This document shows, piece by piece, positions 39,189 through 50,800 of a stretch of 64,000 nt of DNA. The stretch comes from Spirochaetaceae bacterium (GTDB taxonomy: Bacteria; Spirochaetota; Spirochaetia; DSM-2461), in NCBI GenBank assembly GCA_051531975.1, contig JAOPTT010000009.1, positions 352,001 to 416,000 of the forward strand, written 5' to 3'. Position 1 is the first letter of the stretch; every line of letters begins with the position of its first letter. The position numbers and the translations under genes were made by a program. Under the pieces are notes generated by a model that saw only the letters and a program-made list of their open reading frames with translations, had not been told where the DNA came from and ran no database searches.

Positions 39189-41023
39189 GATGTTTTAAAT
39201 TTATTTAATTCATTATCAAGTGTTTGGCTAACGTTACTCATTTCTATACCTAAATCAGATACACTTTTTACCTGGGTTTTAATCATATCCATATCTGTTT
39301 TTATGTTCTCATTACCGTCATGAACTTTATTAGTAATCTGCTTAAGTACATTTAGAGACTCATTTACACTTTTGGTAGAAAGAGTCATATTATCAGAGGT
39401 AAATTTTAGATCAGAAGTTAAGTTTTGTAGATTTACCATAGTGTTCTTTACTAAATCACCACTATTACCTAGTTCATTCATACTATTAAGCACACTAGAA
39501 TTATTGTTAGAAACATTCTCTATAAACTGTCTTATATCTTTAAACGATGTAGTTGTATCCTGGTTATATTTGTCTGCGTTCTCTATATGATCAATCACCT
39601 TTTTTATATTAACTGTGATAATTTTAGAGTTATTCGATGAAGCTTCAGCTAATTTTCTAATCTCATCAGCTACCACAGAAAATCCTTTTCCTGCTTCTCC
39701 TGCATGTGCCGCTTCAATTGCAGCATTCATAGACAGAAGATTTGTCTGAGATGATATATCCTCGATTAGATCTGACATACCTTTAATTTGCGAAATACTA
39801 TCTATAATATCTTTAATACTTGTACTTGTATTATTTAGGTTTTGTTCACCGATATTTGATAATGTAACTAATCTATCGGCTGTATTTTGGTTTTCGCTGA
39901 CAGTATCTGATATTGAATTAACAGTTGAAGTTATCTGATTAATTGCGACAGAAGATTCATCTACCATTGTTAACTCATCACTAATCATTATTTGAAGTTT
40001 ATCAATGAAGGATAGTATATCAGCAATAGATTCCTCAGAAGTTTTAACACTGTTATTTAAGTTTCCTGTATGCTGTGACATCTCTATAATATTAGAGTTA
40101 ATGTTTCCAATTGAGTCTAAGGACTTATCAAAAGAGTTCATCATATTATCTTTGATTTTTATATTATTGTCCGAAGTTGTTTGTATCTCTTTAATAGAAA
40201 AAGATAGGGATTTTAAAAAGGTATTTAGTGTATTTGCTAGTTTTCCTAACTCGTCATGTGAATTAATATTGTATCTGTTTGTTAGATCCATACTTTCTAA
40301 ATATTCTGTATTGATATCGATATTTTTTATATTATTTATAATTTTTTGTGTAACGATTACAGATAATATTATTCCAATAATTGTCATTATAAAGCCAAGG
40401 GTAATGGCCACCCTTTGACTACTTAACATAATTTTTTCAATCTCTTTATCAATTAATAAATATTGCTCATTTATGATATTTTTACTTGTTAATAGAGCAT
40501 TATACATCGATTTTATATTGTTTATTAGAGTATAGGAGTTTGTATTGAAAACACTGTTTTCTTGTTCATTTTTTGCGTAATTTTTATATATATTACTTAT
40601 AACCATAATGCTATTTGTTGTTGTTAAACCCTGACTATTATTTTGTACTATAGTTATAGATCTGTTAAGAGCTTCTCTTTTTATAATCATGAGATTCTGA
40701 ATATCTGATATAAGATTAATTGATTCTTTTATTGTTTCACTTTTAACGATTAGTACTTCTATTTCTGATAGAGATGCAAATCCAATACCAGTGTTTTTAG
40801 CTACAAGATTATAATCTTTAGCGATGGAATCAAATTTAACAAACATAAACTGTCCAAGAGATATTAGTTCATCGTTTAGGTTTCCCTGAAGACTTATTAA
40901 TATCTCTTTTTCAGATTTCATTTGGTTTATAGGTTTTGTCATAATTAAGAAAAGCAAAAAACTAATTGTTAAGAAAAACAGTATTATTGTTAATGATCCA
41001 TATAGTTTTCTATTTATTTTCAT
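39185..41023 (-). CDS. Methyl-accepting chemotaxis protein
   Basis: Two TM segments, HAMP (DELGKLA), [35 protein letters not shown]. Confidence 0.95.
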   Translation of the reverse strand: MKINRKLYGSLTIILFFLTISFLLFLIMTKPINQMKSEKEILISLQGNLNDELISLGQFMFVKFDSIAKDYNLVAKNTGIGFASLSEIEVLIVKSETIKESINLISDIQNLMIIKREALNRSITIVQNNSQGLTTTNSIMVISNIYKNYAKNEQENSVFNTNSYTLINNIKSMYNALLTSKNIINEQYLLIDKEIEKIMLSSQRVAITLGFIMTIIGIILSVIVTQKIINNIKNIDINTEYLESMDLTNRYNINSHDELGKLANTLNTFLKSLSFSIKEIQTTSDNNIKIKDNMMNSFDKSLDSIGNINSNIIEMSQHTGNLNNSVKTSEESIADILSFIDKLQIMISDELTMVDESSVAINQITSTVNSISDTVSENQNTADRLVTLSNIGEQNLNNTSTSIKDIIDSISQIKGMSDLIEDISSQTNLLSMNAAIEAAHAGEAGKGFSVVADEIRKLAEASSNNSKIITVNIKKVIDHIENADKYNQDTTTSFKDIRQFIENVSNNNSSVLNSMNELGNSGDLVKNTMVNLQNLTSDLKFTSDNMTLSTKSVNESLNVLKQITNKVHDGNENIKTDMDMIKTQVKSVSDLGIEMSNVSQTLDNELNKFKTS

Positions 41024-41085
41024 CTTTCACCCTCCTAGTTTGTGACAATAACAGGCACACAAAAGTTAGGTATACCTGTTTAATA

Positions 41086-42390
41086 TTATTTAACTCCCAT
41101 TATCAAATTAGGGATTGTGAGTGAAATTGCTGGAACAAATGTTATTAATAAAAGAACTACTATCATCATTGAATACAGTGGTAACATCGCTTTTGCAGCT
41201 TTCTCTATAGGTATTTTTCCAATAGCACAACCAACAAATAGAGCTGACCCTACAGGAGGAGTACAAAGACCAATACCTAGATTTAAAATTAACATAATTC
41301 CAAACTGAATAGGGCTCATTCCTAATGCTGTAACTACAACAGGATATAAGATTGGTGTTGTAATTAGTATTAGTGGTGCCATATCCATAATAGTTCCCAG
41401 AAGTAATAACATTACATTTATTAATAACAGAAGAATTATTTTATTCTCTGAAATAGTTAATAGTAAGTTTGTTGCAGCAGCAGGAACCTTTAAGAACGCT
41501 AATAACCAACCAAATGCACTAGCAGCAGCAATTAAACTCATAACCATAGCAAGAGTTTTTAATGTTGAATATAAAATGTCTTTAAACTTTTTAAGCTTGA
41601 TCTCTTTATATACAAAAAATGTAATAATAAATGCATAAACACAAGCTATTGCTGCAGATTCAGTTGCTGTAAAAACACCTGTTATAACTCCACCAATAAT
41701 AATTATAGCAGTAATTAGACCTAAAAATGCATCTTTACAAATAATTAAGCCCTCTTTTAGGCCATATTTTCTCTCTCTTGGGTAATTTCTTTTAACTGCA
41801 ATTATAAAACTTATTATCATTAAAGAGAGACCTAATAATACACCTGGGAGTAAACCACCTAAAAATAGTCTACCTACAGATACACCACCGGCAGCCATGG
41901 CATAAATTATCATATTGTGACTTGGTGGAATTATTACACCCTGACAGGCACTAGTAACTGTTATACCAACAGCGTAATCGTCATCGTAACCTTTCTCTTT
42001 CATCATTGGTATTATCATTGTACCAATAGAAGATACATCTGCTACTGCAGAACCAGAGATTCCTCCAAAAAACATACTAGAGAGTACGTTTACCTGAGCT
42101 AATCCACCGGGGATTCTACCAATTAATACGTTTGAAAACTGAATTAACCTTCTTGATATCCCACCTTGGCTCATTAGTTCTCCAGCCAAGATAAAAAATG
42201 GAATAGCTATAAGGGAATATGAATTTACTCCCTGAACCATTCTCTGAACAATTGCTAATAGAGGTATATTTAGATATATCGCAGTTAATATCGATGACAT
42301 AGCGAGACTAAATGTAATAGGTACTTTTAGAATTAACATAAGTACAAATCCACCAAGTAAAATCATTGTTGCAATATCAGTTGATTCCAT
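41086..42390 (-). CDS. dctM: TRAP transporter large permease
   Basis: AIPFFILAGELM, FFGGISGSAVAD, IIPPS, TATESAA, TPPVG. Confidence 0.93.
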   Translation of the reverse strand: MESTDIATMILLGGFVLMLILKVPITFSLAMSSILTAIYLNIPLLAIVQRMVQGVNSYSLIAIPFFILAGELMSQGGISRRLIQFSNVLIGRIPGGLAQVNVLSSMFFGGISGSAVADVSSIGTMIIPMMKEKGYDDDYAVGITVTSACQGVIIPPSHNMIIYAMAAGGVSVGRLFLGGLLPGVLLGLSLMIISFIIAVKRNYPRERKYGLKEGLIICKDAFLGLITAIIIIGGVITGVFTATESAAIACVYAFIITFFVYKEIKLKKFKDILYSTLKTLAMVMSLIAAASAFGWLLAFLKVPAAATNLLLTISENKIILLLLINVMLLLLGTIMDMAPLILITTPILYPVVVTALGMSPIQFGIMLILNLGIGLCTPPVGSALFVGCAIGKIPIEKAAKAMLPLYSMMIVVLLLITFVPAISLTIPNLIMGVK

Positions 42391-42422
42391 TTGAACCTCC
42401 TATAATGAAATTAAGGAGCACA

Positions 42423-42950
42423 TTATTTTTTATCATCAGGAACTCCTATAAATAAATTTTCAATTTCGACCGCAGAATCTTCTATGCCAAATAGGTCCAT
42501 AACCGATTCAAATATTATTAATACCCCAGATATTGGAAGTATCATGTATAAAACGGAACTAGGCCACTCGGTTGCAGGCATTATTGACCTTGAAGTAAAA
42601 CCAATTATTTTTGTCCCATAAACAATCATAATTACGGCAATAAAAATAGTAATTAGATCTTTTAATATTTTTAATATTTTAAAAACTACTGGTGGCATAT
42701 TTTTAGGAAGTATATGAAGGCTAATATGTAACCCTTGTTTCACCCCTATAGCCATCGCTATATATGTAAACCAGACAACTAAAATCTTTGTAACTTCTTC
42801 TGCCCAGAATAACCCTGAGCTTAATACAAACCGCATAAATATATTGGTTGATGTTATTAGTGTTATGCCAATAATTAATACCATTGCTAGATATACAAAC
42901 AGTGTGTGTATTGTATTTACTGACTTAATCAGCATTTGTTTAATATTCAT
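42423..42950 (-). CDS. dctQ: TRAP transporter small permease
   Basis: Four TM segments, WAEEV, HI motif. Confidence 0.9.
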   Translation of the reverse strand: MNIKQMLIKSVNTIHTLFVYLAMVLIIGITLITSTNIFMRFVLSSGLFWAEEVTKILVVWFTYIAMAIGVKQGLHISLHILPKNMPPVVFKILKILKDLITIFIAVIMIVYGTKIIGFTSRSIMPATEWPSSVLYMILPISGVLIIFESVMDLFGIEDSAVEIENLFIGVPDDKK

Positions 42951-42970
42951 AATTGACCCTTTAGATAGGT

Positions 42971-42994
42971 AGGAGCCGGATAAATCCAGCTCCC
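42971..42994 (-). other. Intra-operon hairpin after dctP
   Basis: GGAGCCGGAT-aa-ATCCAGCTCC inverted repeat between dctP and dctQ. Confidence 0.55.
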
Positions 42995-43015
42995 TTTAAT
43001 ATGATAAGAGTAGGA

Positions 43016-44038
43016 CTATTTTATAGCTCTAACTTGTTTAACTACTTCTTGTAGTTCAGGTGATAATGCATCGTATAATGGTTTCATAGCTGCTTGGAAA
43101 TCAGCGTTATTATCTAAGTAGAAAATCTCATTTCCGTTAGCTATAACTTTTGCAGCAGCTTCTTTTTCATAATCAGACCATGCTTTAATTTGGAAAGCCA
43201 TACTGTCTTTAGAAGCTTGCATAATTAATTTTTGGTCAGCAGCAGTTAATTTATCCATAGACATTTTACTTGCAATTGTAATTTCAGGTACTCTTAAATG
43301 CTCATCTAATGTGTAGTATTTTGCTACTTCATAGTGACTTGCAGAGTAATAACTTGGCCAGTTGTTTTCAGCACCATCGATAACACCAGTTTGGATAGCA
43401 CTATAAACTTCACCATAAGGCATTGGAGTTGCAACAGCACCTAAAGCTTCAACTAAAGCAATATTTAAAGCACTTTCCATAACTCTAAATTTTAATCCTT
43501 TTAAGTCAGCCATGCTTTTAATTGGTCGTACAGAGTTATAGAAACTTCTAGCTCCACCATCAAACCAACTTAAACCAACAAAACCTGAAGGTATTAAGCT
43601 TGCTAAGAAATCATCACCAACACTACTATTTAATACTTTCCACATATGCTCAGTATTTCTATATAAATATGGCATTTGTAAAGCATCAAAGTTTGGTGAG
43701 AATGCAGTTAAAGGTGCAATACTAACTCTAGTAAAATCGATTGCTCCAAATTGTACTTGCTCTATTACTGCTTTTTCTTCTCCTAACTGTGAACCAGGAT
43801 AAACTTCAATTTTAATTCTACCGTTTGATCTCTCTTCAACTAGTCTCGCAAATTCATAATCCCCTTGAGTTGTTGGGTAATCTGCTGCATGAGTTTCTGC
43901 TAATCTAAGTACTATAGTCTTAGGAGCCGCTGCTTTTTTCTCAACAGGTGCAGGTGCATCTGCTTCATTGTTTCCACTTGCAAATACGACTGTTATACTA
44001 CAAAGCATAACCATTAAAGTTAAAAGTTGTTTCTTCAT
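43016..44038 (-). CDS. dctP: TRAP transporter substrate-binding protein
   Basis: YPGSQLGEEK, DLKGLKFRVM, PMPYGEVYSAIQTGVIDGAENN. Confidence 0.93.
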   Translation of the reverse strand: MKKQLLTLMVMLCSITVVFASGNNEADAPAPVEKKAAAPKTIVLRLAETHAADYPTTQGDYEFARLVEERSNGRIKIEVYPGSQLGEEKAVIEQVQFGAIDFTRVSIAPLTAFSPNFDALQMPYLYRNTEHMWKVLNSSVGDDFLASLIPSGFVGLSWFDGGARSFYNSVRPIKSMADLKGLKFRVMESALNIALVEALGAVATPMPYGEVYSAIQTGVIDGAENNWPSYYSASHYEVAKYYTLDEHLRVPEITIASKMSMDKLTAADQKLIMQASKDSMAFQIKAWSDYEKEAAAKVIANGNEIFYLDNNADFQAAMKPLYDALSPELQEVVKQVRAIK

Positions 44039-44116
44039 TTAAATCCTCCAAGATTTTGTTATTAAGTAATGATAACCTTGGAATTTGAATTCCCGCTCTG
44101 TAGTAAAATATTATAT

Positions 44117-44202
44117 TCAGCACTTTATTGCTTTAAATGAATATTTTATTATCAATTAATACTTAATAATCTTCACTTTATTGTTTATTTAGCATTTTTT
44201 TG
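44117..44202 (-). promoter_or_regulatory. Four imperfect 14-bp direct repeats upstream of dctP
   Basis: Minus strand CAAAAAAATGCTAA, CAATAAAGTGAAGA, TAATAAAATATTCA, CAATAAAGTGCTGA. Confidence 0.45.
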
Positions 44203-45734
44203 TTTTTATAGTCACTAGGGGAGATGTTTTCCACCTTTTTAAATACCCTTGTAAAATAATTAGGATCATTATATCCAATAGATGCCGTTATCTCTTTCAT
44301 GGATAAATTTGTCTCCCGTAATAACTCTTTTGATTTTTTTATTCTAACTTCAGTTAGATAGTGAACGAAATTTTTTCCAGTTTCTACTTTGAATATTTTA
44401 CTAAAATAAAATGTTGAGAGATTACAATACATCGCAGTCTCTTCTAGGCTTATATCATTTTTAAAATTTGACTGTATAAATTCACAAGCACGTCTTATAG
44501 CTGGGCTATTCTCTATTTGGTACATTTCAGAAATCTTATCTAAAATCTCGTTTAAAAATATCTTAATAGAAGTTATTAATTCGTGCAATGTTACTGCATC
44601 GTTAATATCAACAGTATCAATATTACACTCACCATTTGGAAACTGTGTTGATGCTGCATGTCGTAAAATGATAACTAAACTTTTACAAGCGTGTCTCTTT
44701 GCATCAAAACTAATACCTGGTCTTTGTAACCACAATTCTAACTCTTCAAATAATTCTTCTGTTTTTGTTTTATTAATAGCTATAATAGATTGTTCTAAAT
44801 TTATCTCTAATTCAATAGGAAGATGTTCAGACTTAAGATCATTTTTTTTGTCTACAGTACATAAAATACTTTTAGCTTGTGTAAATGACCCAAGAGCCAT
44901 ATCTGAATTAAAGAATGTAGACCCATAACCAATTATAGACTCAATATTTATATCTACTTTAATTTTTTTTCTTATTATATCTGATATCTCTTCTAGGTTA
45001 ATTTCTAATTTATTGTTAGAACTAAAAATTAATATATATATATTGTTTAATTCCATATTAAATCTAAAACACAATTCATATTTAATTAAAACATTGTTTA
45101 TAATATGCAGACATCTTTTTTTTAGTATGTGTTTCTGATAGTCGGATTGAATGCTTATAGGATAACTTTCGTAGTCTAGTTTCAAAATGAACCCTCGACC
45201 CTGGGTAAAATCCATATCTAGAATAGTTGTATAATCTCTAAACTTATCCTTACTCATATTTCTTGTTGCAAGATTATATATAAACTCAGAGCTTAAATAG
45301 TCAGTTGCTTTATTTAGCTTTATCTCTATATTTTCCTTATGTCTATTTTCTATGTTCCTTTTTAATAACTTTTTAGTAACCTTATTCATTACTTCAATTA
45401 TTCTACTCTCCGATGAAGGTTTAATAATATAATCCTCGACATTAATTTTTATAGCTTCGTGGGCATAGTCAAACTGGTGGAAAGCTGTTAAAAAAATTAT
45501 TGCAATATTTTCATTTTTCTCTCTTATTTTCCACCCAGCTTCAATCCCATTTATACCGGGCATATTAATATCTAGAATTACTATATCGGGTTTACATGCT
45601 TGTGCTTTACTAATAGCTTCTCTACCGTTGGTAGCTTCATCTATGTCTATAATATTATCTATACTCTTTGATATTATATACTTTAGGGCATCTCGCTCTA
45701 ACTGTTCATCATCTGCTATTAGTAGTTTAAACAA
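44178..45734 (-). CDS. YesN-type response regulator (receiver + AraC HTH)
   Basis: LLIADDE, ILDINMPG, YIIKP; C-terminal ISLEETA...YFSKIFK...GYNDPNYFTRVFKK; TTG 45734 after GGAGGAG. Confidence 0.92.
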   Translation of the reverse strand: MFKLLIADDEQLERDALKYIISKSIDNIIDIDEATNGREAISKAQACKPDIVILDINMPGINGIEAGWKIREKNENIAIIFLTAFHQFDYAHEAIKINVEDYIIKPSSESRIIEVMNKVTKKLLKRNIENRHKENIEIKLNKATDYLSSEFIYNLATRNMSKDKFRDYTTILDMDFTQGRGFILKLDYESYPISIQSDYQKHILKKRCLHIINNVLIKYELCFRFNMELNNIYILIFSSNNKLEINLEEISDIIRKKIKVDINIESIIGYGSTFFNSDMALGSFTQAKSILCTVDKKNDLKSEHLPIELEINLEQSIIAINKTKTEELFEELELWLQRPGISFDAKRHACKSLVIILRHAASTQFPNGECNIDTVDINDAVTLHELITSIKIFLNEILDKISEMYQIENSPAIRRACEFIQSNFKNDISLEETAMYCNLSTFYFSKIFKVETGKNFVHYLTEVRIKKSKELLRETNLSMKEITASIGYNDPNYFTRVFKKVENISPSDYKNKKMLNKQ

Positions 45735-47187
45735 AGTTCTCCTCCGGAATGATAAATGTAATTGATGTTCCATCATTTATATTGCTTACTATTTTAAAAT
45801 CCTCTTTACCACTGAATTTAAGAGATAATCTTTTTCTTACATTTGTTAAACCAATACTTGTGGATTCCTTAGAGCTTTCTATAGGCTTTGTTGTATCAAA
45901 TCCAATCCCAGTATCTTTTACTTCAATAGTTATATTTTGACCAATTGGTGTTATATTTATAATAATGTCCCCACCTTCTTCCTTTGGTTCTATTCCGTGT
46001 TTAACAGCATTTTCAACTAAAGGCTGTAGTGTAAATATTGGAACATAGAGTCTTTTAGTATCTACTTCGTTGTTATTAATACTAAAATTTATTCTATCCC
46101 CATACCTTGTTTTTTGGATGAACATATACTCTTCTAATATATTAAGCTCTTCTTTTAGAGTTACTACCTTATCTTGATAATTTAAGTTATATCTAAAAAT
46201 ATTAGAGAGGCACTCTATTAGTCTTACAGTTTTAGGTGCTTGTTCAAACATAGACGTTCTAGAAATCGTATTTAATGTATTAAATAGAAAATGTGGATTG
46301 ATTTGGGATTGCAGACTTAAAAATTGCGCCTCTTTTAACGATTTACCCATATCAATTAGTTTAACTTCATCTTCTAGGTGTTGTTTCTCAATATTAGCTT
46401 TATCTTTAAGACTATCAACCATAATATTTATATTAGTACTCATATCGTTAAAACTTTCTGTTAATATACCAATTTCATCGTTTGAGGTTGATTTTATTGT
46501 TTCTACATTTAAGTTCCCATTAGCCATTAGTTTAGAGTTTTTTGCTAGGTCAATAATTGGTTTTGTAAGGTTTCTTGAAAAAAAGTTACTAAACAATAGT
46601 GATACGATGCCAATAACTGCAATTGATATAAAGCTTATCTCTCGTATTTTTGATAGAACCTCTTTTTGCTTGTTTTGTAGCTTAGAACTTTCATTTAATC
46701 TAATCTTAATTAATGTATCTAAATACGTCATTATATAGTCTTTTACTCTTCTGGCCCGAAGTGATTCAGTTACAAAAGTTTCTTGATCCTTATTGATACT
46801 ATCCATAGCTTTTCTAGTACTTTCACCGTATGCGATCATACCATATCTTATAGCTTCGATCTGAAAAAATGTATCCTGGGTTGAATTTGCTCTGTTTTTT
46901 ACATCAGACCAAGAACTCCATACAGGGTTAATTGATTCTTCGAACAGTTTGATGTTTTCAGGTGTATGAGCTTTTATTGCCTGTTCAAATCTTAAACTAT
47001 TATTTTTTATATTACTTGAAAGAATTTGAATTGAAGCTGTTTTTACTAAATCCTCCTCGTATATTTTTAGGTAACCAAAGGCGTTACTTAAAATATATAA
47101 AAAGAGAGAGATTACTGAAAAAATTAATATTGAAAAAAAGAAGACTAGTTTTCTTCTTATAGAGGTTCCACGCATAATGCTAATCAT
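45727..47187 (-). CDS. YesM/LytS-type sensor histidine kinase
   Basis: Two TM segments, HAMP, LQSQINPHFLFNTLN, LQPLVENAVKHG, DTGIG, IGLTNV. Confidence 0.93.
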   Translation of the reverse strand: MISIMRGTSIRRKLVFFFSILIFSVISLFLYILSNAFGYLKIYEEDLVKTASIQILSSNIKNNSLRFEQAIKAHTPENIKLFEESINPVWSSWSDVKNRANSTQDTFFQIEAIRYGMIAYGESTRKAMDSINKDQETFVTESLRARRVKDYIMTYLDTLIKIRLNESSKLQNKQKEVLSKIREISFISIAVIGIVSLLFSNFFSRNLTKPIIDLAKNSKLMANGNLNVETIKSTSNDEIGILTESFNDMSTNINIMVDSLKDKANIEKQHLEDEVKLIDMGKSLKEAQFLSLQSQINPHFLFNTLNTISRTSMFEQAPKTVRLIECLSNIFRYNLNYQDKVVTLKEELNILEEYMFIQKTRYGDRINFSINNNEVDTKRLYVPIFTLQPLVENAVKHGIEPKEEGGDIIINITPIGQNITIEVKDTGIGFDTTKPIESSKESTSIGLTNVRKRLSLKFSGKEDFKIVSNINDGTSITFIIPEENFV

Positions 47188-47256
47188 TATACTATGATTT
47201 TAGTTTATTAGTAGTAAAACATTACTTATTAACTATCTTTTGAAGATCAGGATAAG

Positions 47257-47676
47257 TTATTTATCCTGATTAATTAGTTTTCCACTTTTAAAATCTAGTG
47301 ATCTATAATAACAATTCCTTGCCTGTTTTTGTTCATTTTTAGTATGGCAGATATTTTCAGACTGGGGTTTAACTTTAAATACCAAAGAGTTCTGTTCACA
47401 ATTTACTAAAACTTCTAGTAGATCAAAAGTAGCACCGGATGTAGCACCTTTTACCCATAACTCATTTCTAGACGTACTCCAAAATGTTGCTATTTTAGTT
47501 TTAACTGAAGTATCTAGTGCTAGTTTATTAACATAAGCGATTAAAATGACCTCTTTTGTATCGATATTTTGAACAGCTACTGGTATAACCTTTTGTTCTT
47601 TCTTACCTATAAAGTCTATCTTATTAAAGTCTAGTGTTAATTCTACACCCTCTTCTAATATATAATGATCGCCCAT
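47257..47676 (-). CDS. hisI: Phosphoribosyl-AMP cyclohydrolase
   Basis: IPVAVQ, FWSTSRNELWVKGATSG, NCEQNSL, CHT...CYYR. Confidence 0.85.
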   Translation of the reverse strand: MGDHYILEEGVELTLDFNKIDFIGKKEQKVIPVAVQNIDTKEVILIAYVNKLALDTSVKTKIATFWSTSRNELWVKGATSGATFDLLEVLVNCEQNSLVFKVKPQSENICHTKNEQKQARNCYYRSLDFKSGKLINQDK

Positions 47677-47852
47677 AATTCACTCCAATATTATGTGAAT
47701 AATAGGTAAAGTTTAATTCTGAGTCAAGTGGCATTGCTTCTTAATATATACTGTTAAAAGGTTTATTTAATTTATACTAAAAAAATAAATTTAAATCTTT
47801 TGTAATAAAAATGAATTAGACCAAAATCTATATAATATGGTATTATCGGAAC

Positions 47853-50800
47853 ATGATAAAAAAACTATTTATAATCTTATTTATTTTGTTCCCAGTATGT
47901 CTTTTTTCTTCAACAAATAAAGAGATCAAAGAGAGTATAGCTCCAATGGGTCTTGGTGATGGTTTCTTATGGAACACAGATAACCCTACCAGTTTAGATT
48001 CTAGTGACAAAGTCAGAGGATCTAATAGTTTAGAAGAAGAAATCCTCTATTTTAAAAAGACACTGTCAGGGGATAAAATAACCCATAAAGAGACTTTTAA
48101 TATTCCAGTTGCTAGACGTGTAGTTATTACATCTGCTAGCCAAAAAGGGTCTAGAATAACGTTGATTGATAGAATGTCCGGTGTATTAAAATCTGGATCT
48201 AATAGGATTGAAATTGATTTAGATGCTGGAGAGTATCAACTACAAATAGAAAACCAAAAAACTGATAGCCCAACTGTTACTGTTTATGGATATCATGAAG
48301 TTAATAATATAAAAGAGCAGGATTTTTTCTTAAATTCAAAACCGGGTGAATATTTAGATCTAAGTTTAACTGGTAATCAACAGCGTAGCTTCTGGGTGAA
48401 AGCAGAAAAAGACGAACCAGTTATATTTGAAGCCTTAGGTAGAAATATAAATCATATTTCCATTTGGAAAGACGGACTTTGGAAGGTGAAAACTGACTTT
48501 AGAGTTGTTAAGAAAGAGATAATTAAGGGGCAACCACTAAATTTTATAGAGTTTAATAATAGTTTGACAGAAGGTACTTACCTTATTAAGGTTTCTGGAA
48601 CATTAGATAACAGGTGGTCAGTAGAGAAAAGTAAAAATAAAAATCCACTCTATGTTAGAACCACGCCAATAACTATAAAGCAAGGGCAGGCTACAAGTGT
48701 TTTAATATCACCTTTTGGTTTTGATTCTTATATGTATCAGAGAGCCAATTATTTTGTTGCAGCTCCAAAAACAAAAAGCACTATCTATTTAAAAACTTCA
48801 GATTATAGTATTGGATATTCCAGATATAGGGATAACCGTATTGCCAAATTAGATGCAGAAGATTATGAAAGACAGTGTATATTAGAAGGTAGGTATAGCT
48901 CTAATTTAAGTAACTTAATATTAGAAGGAACTCCTGGCACAGTTGTTAAATTAGGTGTCTTTAATGTTACATCAGACGATTCTTTAGACTTAAATGGTAA
49001 AGATGGTAGAAGACGTTATTTTATTAATGCATTTATTCCTGTAGCCGGAGAAAACAGCATAGATATTACTCCTTTATTAAATAACAACGAAAAAGAGGTA
49101 ATAAAATCTGGATTTTTACCATTAGGTCCTGGTGAACCAATAGTTCGATTATATAACCTAAAAAATGGTGCTCCATATTTTATTCATGTAAAAAAATCCG
49201 GGACTTATGCTATACAAGAACTTGGGGATGAAACAAATGCAAATGCAATTTTTAATATAAAAAATCTAAGGAATTTATATGATTATCAGGATCTAGAAAA
49301 TTATGTATCAGGTGATTCTATTAAATTAAAAGAGGGCTTTTATCTACTAAATATAAACCCCCAAAAATACGGGATACATAACTTTGTTTTTTTTAGTAAA
49401 CCATTTACAGCACTCTCTACTGGTGCGCTACTTAAATCTGCCCAAAGGCACAATAAGTCAAACAAAGCAGAAAAACTCTCCAGCTTTAATTGGTCTGAAG
49501 TAATATTAAATAATAATAGAACTAGTGATTTTCAACTCTTTTTTAATACACGGGATAAAAAGGTCGTAAATTTTATTGAACTTCCAATAGATGTTAGTAA
49601 TAACCATCTTCCCCTAGTATTAATGCCAAATGAGAGTGTTTCATTACCAATGGAAACTGTTAAAGACTCTAAGTTCATTATCAGTGGAAAAAACTATAAA
49701 TTAACAGATTCTAATGGTCGTTCTATCTCAACAATATCTAGTGGTGGTATATTTGATGTTATATTAACAAATATTGGAACTAGCCGAGAGTTATATACTA
49801 TAGGTACAGAGCCAATAACATCAAAAGTTATCAATAAAAAACCTACTAAAAAAATAATGGATTCCTTACCTAAGTTAGTTAATGGTTCTACCACATATGT
49901 TGATTTTGATAGAGGACAAACACTGACCTATCTATTAACAGTTGATAAGTCTGGTTTATATAGAGTTGAAACTACAGGTCGACTACGTACAAGTGTATCT
50001 ATTAGAACTGCAAATATTACAAGTTTATACTCTGGAACTGAAAATGGTATTGGACGTAACGGTTTAATAAATACATTTTTAAAACCTGGACAGTATTTAA
50101 TTGAAATTAAAACTAAAGGCAATAGTAAAGGTCGAGCGGGTATATCAATTCATGAAAATGAACTAGTTAATGCAAATCAACTTGGAGTTGGTGATACCCA
50201 TAGAATTGAAGTTGCTAAAAATAGCGCACTAAAATTTCCTATAAGTATAAAAGAGTTAGGAGAGTATCAGTTTTCAACTCTACTACTAAATTCTAACTCA
50301 AAATTAAGATTAGAAGATAAAGATGGTTGGCCTATCTATATTAATAATTCTGGTACATCTAGTTTCTGGGCAAAATTAGAACCAGATGATTATACATACT
50401 ATTCACTTCCTAAAAATAGAAGTGCCAGAAGAGTTACAACTATTAATAAAAAAACTGAAACAGAAAAAGGTGTAATTCCTCTAAATAGTTCTGTTAGTGA
50501 TCTTTGGTTAGAGAGTGAAACAAGGGTCCCAAATAGTTTCAACTTCAGTTTTAAAGCTTTTCATAAAGGATATATTAATTTTTCTGAGGGTTTTGAAGCT
50601 TGGGTAGAAAATATTGCTGGTGAGAAACTTTTTCATTCGGATAATAAACGAATTAAGTATGAGTTAGAACCAGGAGATTATTCATTAAAGATCAGAACTA
50701 TAGAGGTTGATAATAAAAGAAGGTATAACCTTGAAATTTATACACCAGAATTGGCCGTCGATAATATTCGTAAAGTCCAGGTTCCAGGTGAATATGAGGT

